Below the pieces are notes generated by a model. It was given only the letters and a program-made list of their open reading frames with translations. It made no database searches and was not told where the DNA came from. The position numbers were made by a program, and so were the translations under genes. A stretch of 63,952 nucleotides of DNA, the filler included. It is 5 parts of 5 records of this genome, joined end to end, with 100 filler letters (N's around TTAATTAATTAA, not from the genome) between each part and the next. Parts side by side here need not be neighbours in the genome. Positions count along the whole stretch, not along the records: positions 45,965 to 57,599 come from SRR20825006_1969; 4 more parts are not named here. One strand, given 5' to 3'. Within the stretch, counting starts at the first letter, position 1. Every line of letters begins with the position of its first letter. Positions 48,435-57,699 of this stretch are shown in pieces.

Positions 48435-48720
48435 ATCTACCTCTTCGAAATATCTCAGTTGCCTACAGATCACAGCGGAAAGCGGTTCAGAACCCTCGCT
48501 CAAGATGGCAAGATACCGCTGGCAACAAAACAAACGGCCACATTTGCTCCGAATGATTTCCTCGACGATCCCAGATCGCTCCAGATCAACATATTACTCA
48601 TACAATATTTAATCGGTAGGTATGTCATATACAGCAAAATATGACATTCAGACTGTCACATCTTCCGAGCCTACGTTTCATGTATTTCGGTGCATCTAGC
48701 CATATTTATTATAAACTCTC

Positions 48721-49290
48721 TTATCTGGAATTGATCCTTTCGGTGGTTAAACTCGCCGCCGTTTTATCGATACCCTGTTTTCTCTCCATTTTATAGCGGA
48801 TGAAGAGTACGGCTGAAAAGATCAGGCTAAAAGCCACGAACGGTAACATTGCCATTTCGTTTAGTAGAGAATATCCCGATGCGGCTAAACACATCCCTGC
48901 AACAGTCCAGAGCTTTCTCTCTGGTGCCAGTTGCAATGTTAGCCAAATCCCCAGTGCTGCATTGACTAAGATCCAAACCGGTGAAGCTGGCCCCAGTGAC
49001 ATCTTAAATGGCCACGGTGTCCAGATCATCCCGAATCCAACAGTCGCGGACAAACAATCCGCCGCCAAGTGAATAGAAATACCTACATACAATCCAGCAA
49101 TGCCATAAAGAGGTACTCGGTTCTTAAAAAATAAAAAAAGCAGCCACGGGATGAGAACTGAATGGGTGATAATTGATCGATGATGCAGAATTGGCAGTAA
49201 CAACAAATCTATATCTGGAAGCCATAAGCCCCCCCAAATTCCCAAAGCATAGGGAACGGGTTTAGCTAACATGTGTTTAATTGGATCCAT
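48721..49290 (-). CDS. YdjM-like membrane-bound metal-dependent hydrolase
   Basis: LPDID...HRSIITHS...IHLAAD motif, multiple TM segments. Confidence 0.7.
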   Translation of the reverse strand: MDPIKHMLAKPVPYALGIWGGLWLPDIDLLLLPILHHRSIITHSVLIPWLLFLFFKNRVPLYGIAGLYVGISIHLAADCLSATVGFGMIWTPWPFKMSLGPASPVWILVNAALGIWLTLQLAPERKLWTVAGMCLAASGYSLLNEMAMLPFVAFSLIFSAVLFIRYKMERKQGIDKTAASLTTERINSR

Positions 49291-49521
49291 TTTTCGGCTT
49301 AATCCAGTATTTCTTAATTGGAAATCTTTCAGTCAATTGCACTCAGGACAGTTTCCTCATTCTAAGCACCGGACCAACTCCAATAGGTTTCAATTCCTGC
49401 TCCCCATCCGCCGATTGCATATCGCTAGGGTGTGGCCCCAGACCGCACTTCAGTTATACCCTAGGGACAGAAGACGTTGTATGCTTCTGTTTGTCTGGGA
49501 TAGATGGTAAGCAATTAAGTA

Positions 49522-52500
49522 ATGGTAACAAAGAAAAATAGAGCGCAGTCGACCGGCGAAACTACAGCTATTACCGGGTATTGGAAACAGTACGAATATT
49601 CTGCATGCGTCCTCTACAAACTTATGCAGGACGGTTTGCTCAATGCCATATCGATCGCAGAACCAGCTGCCTGTATTTTCGACGATTTGGTGCTCCACAC
49701 CAATGGGGGCATCCTTGCCACTCAGGTTAAGAGTGAAAAGAGCGCGACATATGTTTCCCTCCGCACAGAGCTAAAAGACTCACTCATTGCAGAAATGGCC
49801 ACTTCTTGGCTGAGCCTCAAGGAGCGTGTTGAAACAGGGGAAGTAAACTTACGCTACATATTTGCTGGTCTCTTTAGTACTTCTGACACTGCTCTTGCGA
49901 ACTCCAACGCTCAGGGAGCTCGTCACAGTGCAGCGTTTGCAGATTTCATCTCCCGTACAGAACTTTGCGACGATGTTATCGCGAGTTCAGTCTGGAGCGA
50001 CACGCTCACGGATCTCCGAATTAGATCTGGCCTAGATCAGTTGGATTTTTTAGAGTTTTTGAACCATCTTGATCTGAAGGATGAAAGAGAACTACAGGCA
50101 AATGCCCTATCCAATTTTGGTCCTATAGACCGTTCCAAAGCTGCAGAGGTATTAAGCCTGATTCCGAGACTTGTTCGAGCCTCAACCCCAGGTCAAAGAT
50201 ATACTGAGCAAGATCTGATAAACAAGTTGGGGTGGCGCTCGAGGCTCAGCCAGCATAACCTTCACGTCTTTCCAGTTCCACCGGACTACCAAGAAAATGA
50301 AGCTACAGAGAGAAAACTCATTGATCTCATTGAGCGGACGACGCAGGGGTATATCGCGCTTATTGGGCCTCCGGGAACCGGCAAGTCCACACTTTTGCAA
50401 CGTGGTTTATTTTCTAACCAGAGCTACAGTATATCGAGGTATTTAGCTTTTCTTCCCGGCCAGCGGCAAGGCCTTGGCCGAGCAGAAGCAAGCGAATTCT
50501 TAAACGATATAATTGCCGAGCTTCGTAGCCAGGGGTTCTACGCCTCAAAGTTTACCAACGACAACCTATCCGGGTTGAGGAACGAATTCGTAGGACAGCT
50601 CGAAGCGGCAGGTTCCAGGTATAGCACCTCAGGTAGAAAAACACTCATTGTAATCGACGGGCTCGACCATGTACCTCGTGAGGAAAACCCAGTAGCAAGT
50701 TTTCTAGCTGAGTTGCCGGCTGCTGCTGCTGTTCCTGAAGGCGTCATTTTTATCCTCGGCACTCAGCGTATCGAACTCCCGGGGTTACAAACAACGATTA
50801 TTCAACAAACCAAAGAGGCTGGCAGAAGTGTCGCGATTGAGCCACTGAGCAAAGCATCTATATTTGCATTAGCAGATGCCGCCAACCTTCCTTCTTTCGT
50901 TGACAGGGAGGTTCTCTTTGAAATTACTAGTGGTCATCCTTTGACTGCACGCTATTTCATTGAAGCACTTCGTTCAGTCACTGAAGCGGAAGTTGCACTG
51001 AAGATTCTGTCCGATATCGATGGTTTGGGACGGTCTCTACAACAAATATATGAGCGTGTTTGGCAAAAACTCGACACAGCACCATCATCTCGCTCCGCTC
51101 TAGCTCTTCTCGCGCGTGCGGAAGGAACGCTCTCATGCGAACAACTTGCTGATGTATGTAGCGAAGAGGTGGTCGATGACGTCATTACGACCGCTGGTTT
51201 TTTGCTTTTGACGGATCAGCAAGATCGTCTTTCCATTTTTCACAACAGCTTCCGGCTATTTATAGTACAGGAAACCGGACGGAAGTTTGGCAAGCCCAGT
51301 ATTAACACAGAGAAAGATATTCACTCAAAGCTTGCATTGATAGCCGGCAAAGCGCAGCCCAGCGACCCACAATATTGGTATCAGCTTCGATATCTTTCAC
51401 GCGCTGGAAATTTAGATGGAGTCCTCGCGCTTGGAACAGCTGACTACTTCCGAAGATCACTTCGATCATTCCGGCCTTCCGGCGAAGTCTACACAGATTT
51501 ACGACTTACCTATGCTGCGGTGAATCCTACGCGTGACCCTGTCCTTCTTTTAAATCGACTGCTACTTGAGAAAGAAATTGATTATCGGCTTGATGCAGTC
51601 AGCAGCCTAGATTTTATTGAGCTTCTTTTGAAACTTGGCGATGTTGAACTTGCGACCCGTCACGCTCTTGAAGACAGAGAAAATGGCGAAGGATGGCTCA
51701 AACTCGTCGACCACTTCTGGTTAATGGGAGACATTGAGCGCGCTCGGCAAGTGTTTCTCGCAAATGAGCCCCTTGAAGTTCTTTTCTCTGGAGAAGGTTT
51801 CGATCCACATAGCGCAATGAACCTTGCGCGCGGATGGATCGAGAGAGCGCAGCGGTTCCGCCCACTTGCCAAGCTCGGTGAATTGATAGACTCCCTTGTC
51901 ATTCAAACTCATAGCATAGACGACGACAAAGGCTCTCAGACGCGCCGCGAACTCAAGTTCAGCTTAGCCTTAGGAACTGTGTGCGATCAACGCATTACCG
52001 ACTTTTCAGAAATCAAGACACTTCTGAAGCTAACTGATCACGAAATAGCCTGCTTGGCTGTACAAGCGGCAGAATTCGCATTTCAAGAAAAGAGACAAGA
52101 GGACGCCCGTGAATGCCTCGTACTCGCCTCCAGTAAGCTTGGCACTACCCACCAATTTTGGAGACGCGCTGCAGCCTTGATTGCTTGGAAACTCGGCGAT
52201 CTAACCCTCGCAGTAAAACTGGCCTCTGCGCTAACGGTTCCCCGGCTCACTCGTCATAACGCAATACAAAATAACTTAGGAGACTTCTCACAAGCGATAA
52301 TTGAGACTGCCTTCCTTAGTAAAATTCTTGACGTTGCACTTCCGGAAGAGTCTAGAACACGTGACTCAGAAGACAGTACGCTTCTGGCAAACGCCCACAC
52401 AAAATTATGTGAGATAGGAACTCTGAAGGCACTTGCCTCCCAGCAAGAAACCAGCCTGACGAAACGAGCGCTGAATTCCATTGTCATCTTTTTTGCTCAA

Positions 52501-55500
52501 GCCCAGCCAGATATCCACGATTACACCGCCTATCAGTTTTATGGCTCTCTTAAAGGCATTGCTCAGCATCTGGTGGACATAGCCGAAACTTGCGAGCAAA
52601 CAGCGTTCAATGAATTTATTGCGAAAGTCGATGAAAAGCTCATGCTCGGCAACAATAACCTTGCGAACTCAGAGGGTTTTCAGGTCGAGTTTGCAAAAGC
52701 TGTTTTCGACGTCAATGGAGATGCTGATGCGGCGAAAACGCGTATTGATCGTGCACGGGCTAAGGTACGGGTCGACCGCACTCCCCATGAGGCAGTAGAT
52801 ACCCATGTATCACTCACTAACGCATACTGTCACATTGGCCTCATTGACGAAGCCCGTGCCACACTTGATGTTATGCACGAAGATACGTTCGGCTATTGGT
52901 TACGGGCTAAGAAGGAGCCACAGTACGTTTTTTGGGCTTGGTCGTTCCTGAAAGCCTGTGCGAGTTCTCCAGGCAATATGGAAGGCTCTTCCCTTGCCTT
53001 CGCGCAGTTAATTCTTGGTATGGACGAAACTGCGGGGGCTGATACGGCAGCCCGGTTGGTTCCTGATGTCTTGGAAGGTGCAGGGGTGAGTCCTTGCGTT
53101 CTTGCAGGTGTCACTAATAGGTTACTCCAGAGTGATCTGGCCTCTTGGGAGCGCATTGTGGAAGCTGCGCTTGCCTCGATCGCTAAGCATGACCGAACTC
53201 TGTCCGGTTTAACCATAATCGCGTGTGCTTACCTGATCGTGCCGTTCGCAGCAGGTGGGATTGAGCGATGCCTGAAGATAGCTCTTCCTGCGCTGACACC
53301 TGATGAAAGGGCGGGGCCAATCTCAATTCTTCTATCCTCGATCCAGCGCTGGTGTCCTCCCTCACAACGCGAGAGCATTCTTAAAATGATTCTGGAGTTC
53401 GCTCCAGAAGCCAAACCCTTGATCGAACCGATGATAGAGTGTGCTGCTGAAGTCGCAGAAACGCTTCGCACAGTTACACACGGCGAACCGAGAAGCCATA
53501 GCTCTGAAAGCAGCGTCTATGGTGAGATAAAGGCGGATTCCTTAGAAGCACTTCTTGCGGTCGGCGACGGAGAATCAACCTACGGTGATAAGATTGATTA
53601 TTCATATGCCCGCGCTGCTGAAGCTCTCATCCAGAGTTCAAACAAGAAAGAAATTGAGGATTTCCTCTCCAAGCGCCCCCACATCATTGCAGACGCCAAA
53701 ACCGCTTGTGCAATTTCACGCCGATACCTACAGTTCGGTCTCCGTAAGCAGGCAGAGAAATACTTTGAGATTGCCGAAAATGCTGCTTTGTCCGGGTACT
53801 GGTCATCATTCATGGGCGGTCAGAAACTTGCGGTGCAGCAGCTTCGGCTGGAACTAGAAGGAAAAGCCGCGATAGACAAAGGCTTTGATTCCTTAGTCAA
53901 TGAGCTCTCTGCAGGCCAGACATACGGCAGTTCGCTTTTCTTAAATCTCAATGAAGTACTTGAACTGATTGCAGATCCCATTCCTTATCGGGAGCTATGG
54001 AATGAGACGGAAGAGCACCTAAAGGCATATCGCGAGTTTCGGTTCGCCAGACCGGTCGAGATAATCGAAAGCGTTCATACATACTCCGACGTCCTCGCCT
54101 TCATAGTTGCCTATGCTTTCAAGCTGTGCTGTCCAGAAGTCACCATTCATGCGCGACGAGCTGCACGCCTGATTTCAGATAGAAGTTCAGGCGAAGACTT
54201 CGTTTCTAAGCTGGCACTTTATTTGAGAGACTGCCCTGATGGATTGCGCGAGTATGCGGCCATACTGGACAGTCTGCGAGCGACGCCATCTTTGCGTTCA
54301 TTCGTCGTCAAAGAGGCACAAATGCTCACTGGGGATGACGACTTTATCGTCTCGACAATAGGGAGAAAGGTGCTGAATGATTTAGAGGAGGAAATAGAAG
54401 AACTCCCGGCAACTGAATTACCTGCCTTCTATACCCTTTTTCCGTCTAACTCCGACCAGGCAGACAATTTCGATCCCCCCCCTGGACTACTCTCTGGAAA
54501 CCGACCTATTTGGTCAGATGACCCGTGGACTTGGACATCGATGCTAAGAGGTCCACTTCGTCTCCTTACGAATGCTAGTGATGTACCTTTAGAGATGCTG
54601 CGCAGGCGATGCGCAAGCTTTATGAGCAAAGAAGGCGGGAAAGCCGCCTTCGGGCCAGAAATTGAGGACAAGATTTTAGAACAACTCCGCAGATTGAATC
54701 TGCAATTTGCTTATCGGAGACCGATGGCATCGTCATGTCTCCGCGCATTTGGAAAAGTTGTACGAGAACTGGAACGTGCCGATGCCGTAGATCAGAGAGT
54801 TTTTCGAGCTCTTTGGGATGAAATTGGTGGACCGTCTCTTTTTAGCTTCCCTCCTGAGAATACTCCTAGGCCAGACTGGCTGGAATGGCCAACTGTACCC
54901 ACGCAGAAGTATGGCGGAATCGACGACAATCAATGGCTCGAGCTGTGCGATTATATGCTTCAGTCAACGTTATTGTCGGATGAATTTATTCTGGCTGAAG
55001 ATTCCTATTTCGAGGTATATGCCGCTCGTGCATCAGCCGACATTCATCGAACGATCTTGCCTAGCAATGTTAATGTGACAGAAGGTATCATAGGATTACC
55101 ACGGCTTTTCTCATACGACTACCTTCGGCCAATGTACAAGCGAGAGGAAAGTCCCCTCGTTTGCCGCCTTCCTGGAAATCTCTTTGAAGACTTCGGCAAC
55201 GACACCATCACGGTTTGCCCCTTTGTTGCGCAAAAACTCGGTTGGCAACGAAGTGATACCAATCCGCTTGAGTTGCATGACTCTTTGGGAAACCTTGCTG
55301 CTAGAACCATCCGATGGGTGGAAGGTACCAAGCTTAAAACTCTATATGACGCAGAGAGATATGGCACGGGACAGCTACTAATTCTGTCGTCTGCCGGAAG
55401 GACTCAACTTGAGGCAACAGTGGGTCCGTTAAACTTAGCAGCAAGGGTCATCGCAACTTTTTCAGGAGAACAGGAGAAAAACTTCCGTCGTGAGGTCGTT

Positions 55501-55512
55501 GCGGCTGATTAG
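49522..55512 (+). CDS. Nuclease-STAND NTPase-helical repeat protein (AVAST/Avs-like antiviral NLR)
   Basis: 1996 aa; N-terminal GY..QY..A...FDD....TQVK (PD-(D/E)xK-like); Walker A GPPGTGKST; Walker B LIVIDGLDH; GHPL; FHNSFR; long helical C-terminal region. Confidence 0.8.
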   Translation: MVTKKNRAQSTGETTAITGYWKQYEYSACVLYKLMQDGLLNAISIAEPAACIFDDLVLHTNGGILATQVKSEKSATYVSLRTELKDSLIAEMATSWLSLKERVETGEVNLRYIFAGLFSTSDTALANSNAQGARHSAAFADFISRTELCDDVIASSVWSDTLTDLRIRSGLDQLDFLEFLNHLDLKDERELQANALSNFGPIDRSKAAEVLSLIPRLVRASTPGQRYTEQDLINKLGWRSRLSQHNLHVFPVPPDYQENEATERKLIDLIERTTQGYIALIGPPGTGKSTLLQRGLFSNQSYSISRYLAFLPGQRQGLGRAEASEFLNDIIAELRSQGFYASKFTNDNLSGLRNEFVGQLEAAGSRYSTSGRKTLIVIDGLDHVPREENPVASFLAELPAAAAVPEGVIFILGTQRIELPGLQTTIIQQTKEAGRSVAIEPLSKASIFALADAANLPSFVDREVLFEITSGHPLTARYFIEALRSVTEAEVALKILSDIDGLGRSLQQIYERVWQKLDTAPSSRSALALLARAEGTLSCEQLADVCSEEVVDDVITTAGFLLLTDQQDRLSIFHNSFRLFIVQETGRKFGKPSINTEKDIHSKLALIAGKAQPSDPQYWYQLRYLSRAGNLDGVLALGTADYFRRSLRSFRPSGEVYTDLRLTYAAVNPTRDPVLLLNRLLLEKEIDYRLDAVSSLDFIELLLKLGDVELATRHALEDRENGEGWLKLVDHFWLMGDIERARQVFLANEPLEVLFSGEGFDPHSAMNLARGWIERAQRFRPLAKLGELIDSLVIQTHSIDDDKGSQTRRELKFSLALGTVCDQRITDFSEIKTLLKLTDHEIACLAVQAAEFAFQEKRQEDARECLVLASSKLGTTHQFWRRAAALIAWKLGDLTLAVKLASALTVPRLTRHNAIQNNLGDFSQAIIETAFLSKILDVALPEESRTRDSEDSTLLANAHTKLCEIGTLKALASQQETSLTKRALNSIVIFFAQAQPDIHDYTAYQFYGSLKGIAQHLVDIAETCEQTAFNEFIAKVDEKLMLGNNNLANSEGFQVEFAKAVFDVNGDADAAKTRIDRARAKVRVDRTPHEAVDTHVSLTNAYCHIGLIDEARATLDVMHEDTFGYWLRAKKEPQYVFWAWSFLKACASSPGNMEGSSLAFAQLILGMDETAGADTAARLVPDVLEGAGVSPCVLAGVTNRLLQSDLASWERIVEAALASIAKHDRTLSGLTIIACAYLIVPFAAGGIERCLKIALPALTPDERAGPISILLSSIQRWCPPSQRESILKMILEFAPEAKPLIEPMIECAAEVAETLRTVTHGEPRSHSSESSVYGEIKADSLEALLAVGDGESTYGDKIDYSYARAAEALIQSSNKKEIEDFLSKRPHIIADAKTACAISRRYLQFGLRKQAEKYFEIAENAALSGYWSSFMGGQKLAVQQLRLELEGKAAIDKGFDSLVNELSAGQTYGSSLFLNLNEVLELIADPIPYRELWNETEEHLKAYREFRFARPVEIIESVHTYSDVLAFIVAYAFKLCCPEVTIHARRAARLISDRSSGEDFVSKLALYLRDCPDGLREYAAILDSLRATPSLRSFVVKEAQMLTGDDDFIVSTIGRKVLNDLEEEIEELPATELPAFYTLFPSNSDQADNFDPPPGLLSGNRPIWSDDPWTWTSMLRGPLRLLTNASDVPLEMLRRRCASFMSKEGGKAAFGPEIEDKILEQLRRLNLQFAYRRPMASSCLRAFGKVVRELERADAVDQRVFRALWDEIGGPSLFSFPPENTPRPDWLEWPTVPTQKYGGIDDNQWLELCDYMLQSTLLSDEFILAEDSYFEVYAARASADIHRTILPSNVNVTEGIIGLPRLFSYDYLRPMYKREESPLVCRLPGNLFEDFGNDTITVCPFVAQKLGWQRSDTNPLELHDSLGNLAARTIRWVEGTKLKTLYDAERYGTGQLLILSSAGRTQLEATVGPLNLAARVIATFSGEQEKNFRREVVAAD

Positions 55513-55650
55513 CGCTCGGAAAAAAAGCTGCCCTGATGTGACTTTTCTGTCATGATGAGCAAACTATGTGACCATCTTTCTGATGATGGGCCTTATGCTC
55601 CGTCCAGCTGGTTTAGGTGGGGGTTTATTGAGTAGCGATCGCGAGCACCA

Positions 55651-56739
55651 TTACATGTCGAGCTTTGGTCCGGTTTGCTTTTTGATTACATTATCTATTC
55701 TTTGTTTTGGCTTACTCAACGGCGAGACAGCGCTTTCGTGACCAGATTGCGCCATGAGTAATAGCGCCTCTTCGTGAGCCTGTTCTCTGATTTCAGCAGA
55801 GTGCGCCCCTGGTACATCAAGCCTTCCACTATTATAAAACTCTTCGGCTATAGCGAGCTTGCACTGAGCAACAAGCACTTCATGCCTAGGCGCAGAAATA
55901 ATCTCAAGCTTTTTTAATGCCTGATGATAGGAGGCCAATGGTCGGGGAATTTCGGGTGTTACGCGCTCTGTCTGCTCGGGGTCGAGCTGGCTTCTTTCTG
56001 CACTGCTCTTTCTTGCATGCGCTTGAGAGAAGACTGCATATCTTGCTTCAATGATTCGAGTTCGGATGGCGTCAACCGAAGGGGATTTTCGGAGGTGGCC
56101 GGCTTCGCCTTGAGTGAGCTGGTCGATGCCATATCCAAATGTCTCCTTCCAAAAATCATTCATGGCAGAGCCATGTTTCTGATCAATAGCCTCTAACATA
56201 CTTGGTTTCACGGCGATGTTCAATGCACCTAGATGCGCCGTCATTACAGCCGCAGCAATCACATTGCCGCCCCTGTTCTCCAGAAAGCCACGTAATGATG
56301 CAATAGTACCGCCCATTGTCAGCGTATCGTCGAAAACCAGATATTTGCCTCCCTTCTTAACGGGACCATCGAATGACGGATTGAATGCAAGGCGGTAATC
56401 GGCACCTTCGCCGGTTCTGGCGACACGCTCCGTTTGGAATATAGAAACATCAACGTCCAGCCCCAACCTCTTGCCGACTTCAAACGCCATTGCCAACGGT
56501 ATTTTATTATGTCCGGAAGCCTCCTCAGCAAGCACAGGTACTATTCGCGGCTGATCGTTTCCTATTATGTTTCGGATCTGATCAATCGTTCCGTTGCGCA
56601 GGAGACGTTCCGCCAAGTCATGGGCAGCATCCGTATCACCAGCTTTGGCGAGTGTATATTCCGGCTGCTGTTGCAGCTCTCCCAGATCGCCATTTCGGAT
56701 AACAGCTGGGAAATTGCCCCATGGTGAACGTTCGGCCAT
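55651..56739 (-). CDS. Mobile-element phosphoribosyltransferase-fold protein
   Basis: Y..AK.GD..AA, N.IP.A.A, PRPP-binding-like LVFDDTLTMGGT.A.LRG.LE..GG; plasmid-style tail KKQTGPKLDM. Confidence 0.72.
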   Translation of the reverse strand: MAERSPWGNFPAVIRNGDLGELQQQPEYTLAKAGDTDAAHDLAERLLRNGTIDQIRNIIGNDQPRIVPVLAEEASGHNKIPLAMAFEVGKRLGLDVDVSIFQTERVARTGEGADYRLAFNPSFDGPVKKGGKYLVFDDTLTMGGTIASLRGFLENRGGNVIAAAVMTAHLGALNIAVKPSMLEAIDQKHGSAMNDFWKETFGYGIDQLTQGEAGHLRKSPSVDAIRTRIIEARYAVFSQAHARKSSAERSQLDPEQTERVTPEIPRPLASYHQALKKLEIISAPRHEVLVAQCKLAIAEEFYNSGRLDVPGAHSAEIREQAHEEALLLMAQSGHESAVSPLSKPKQRIDNVIKKQTGPKLDM

Positions 56740-56777
56740 TTGTCTATTTAACCCCAGAGTCTAAATGCCTTCAAAAC

Positions 56778-57443
56778 CTACTCTGTAACATCCGGCTCAG
56801 GATAAGCGATCTCCCAACACTTATTGAAAGACATGTTGTCGATGTGTTGTTGTGGATCAAAAAAAGTTCCAGCAAGACTGCTTTCTAGGTCTTCACGTGA
56901 TAATTCTGTGTAACTTAGTCGAGTTAGTCCAGCTAAGTTCGGCGACACCACGCAAAGCGATATAGAACCTCGGTCTTCAACATTGTTCGGATATAGGAAG
57001 GCTTTAATGCCTTTAGCCAAAAAGGCATCCCTAACGCCATCCAGATTGAAGTGGAGTTCGTGATCGATCTCATTTTTTTCCTTGCCCTTCATAATTTGAT
57101 GATGGTGTTCATAAAACTGAATGAAGTAACCATTGTTGCGCGAGTATCCGCAAATATCGTCAAGCGCTTTGGCAAGAGCCAATTTCGTCGTACTGCCGAA
57201 ATCCTTTGAGGCTTTCGGCCATTTTTTTTCAGTAAATTCAACAGCATGCAGCCTAGGTGCAGTAACGGTTAGGTTGGAATGGCGAAACCCACCATTCCGA
57301 TCTCGTGGATGACGTCGCAATTGTTTACCAATCGCGTCCATCCCTGCCTTCTCCGTACCGAAATGTGTAAAGATTGGAAACGTATCGAACTTATAGATGC
57401 TGCCGTGATACCAAACGTCCATACCAGCCACCTTCTTTATCAA
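56778..57443 (-). CDS. ADP-ribosyltransferase-fold protein (ART-PolyVal-like)
   Basis: WYHGS..KF..F...THFGT..A near the N-terminus and Y.N.VED.GS.S..V later; start may be ATG 57422. Confidence 0.55.
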   Translation of the reverse strand: MIKKVAGMDVWYHGSIYKFDTFPIFTHFGTEKAGMDAIGKQLRRHPRDRNGGFRHSNLTVTAPRLHAVEFTEKKWPKASKDFGSTTKLALAKALDDICGYSRNNGYFIQFYEHHHQIMKGKEKNEIDHELHFNLDGVRDAFLAKGIKAFLYPNNVEDRGSISLCVVSPNLAGLTRLSYTELSREDLESSLAGTFFDPQQHIDNMSFNKCWEIAYPEPDVTE

Positions 57444-57552
57444 AATGCACCAACGGCTGATGTTATCGACAGTAACATCTTGTGTCAGTTTCCTTTTTAC
57501 CCGTTGAGCACGACTTGTCGTGCGAATAAGGCAGGATGAGTATGAAATGCTC

Positions 57553-57582
57553 GTTCAGTACCGGTACTGAACCTATCCTGCC
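57553..57582 (+). mobile_element. IncP/MOBP-type origin of transfer (oriT) candidate
   Basis: Perfect 20-bp palindrome GTTCAGTACCGGTACTGAAC running into ACCTATCCTG^CC, matching the RP4 nick sequence (YATCCTG^Y). Confidence 0.65.
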
Positions 57583-57599
57583 TAAGAAACGACAGGGTA

Positions 57600-57699
57600 N
57601 NNNNNNNNNNNNNNNNNNNNNNNNNNNNNNNNNNNNNNNNNNNTTAATTAATTAANNNNNNNNNNNNNNNNNNNNNNNNNNNNNNNNNNNNNNNNNNNN
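57600..57699. other. Artificial contig spacer
   Basis: N-run, TTAATTAATTAA, N-run. Confidence 0.99.

Noticed and set aside
55651-57443. Assignment to known DarTG or phage NAD-reconstitution (NARP) systems
   Set aside because: No macrodomain/NADAR antitoxin and no Namat/NAMPT-like partner is recognisable; kept as an unassigned pair
22297-57699. Four identical N/TTAATTAATTAA blocks that look like a repeat family, and apparent gene neighbourhoods across them
   Set aside because: Artificial concatenation spacers; the flanking contigs differ in gene content and composition, so no cross-spacer synteny was interpreted
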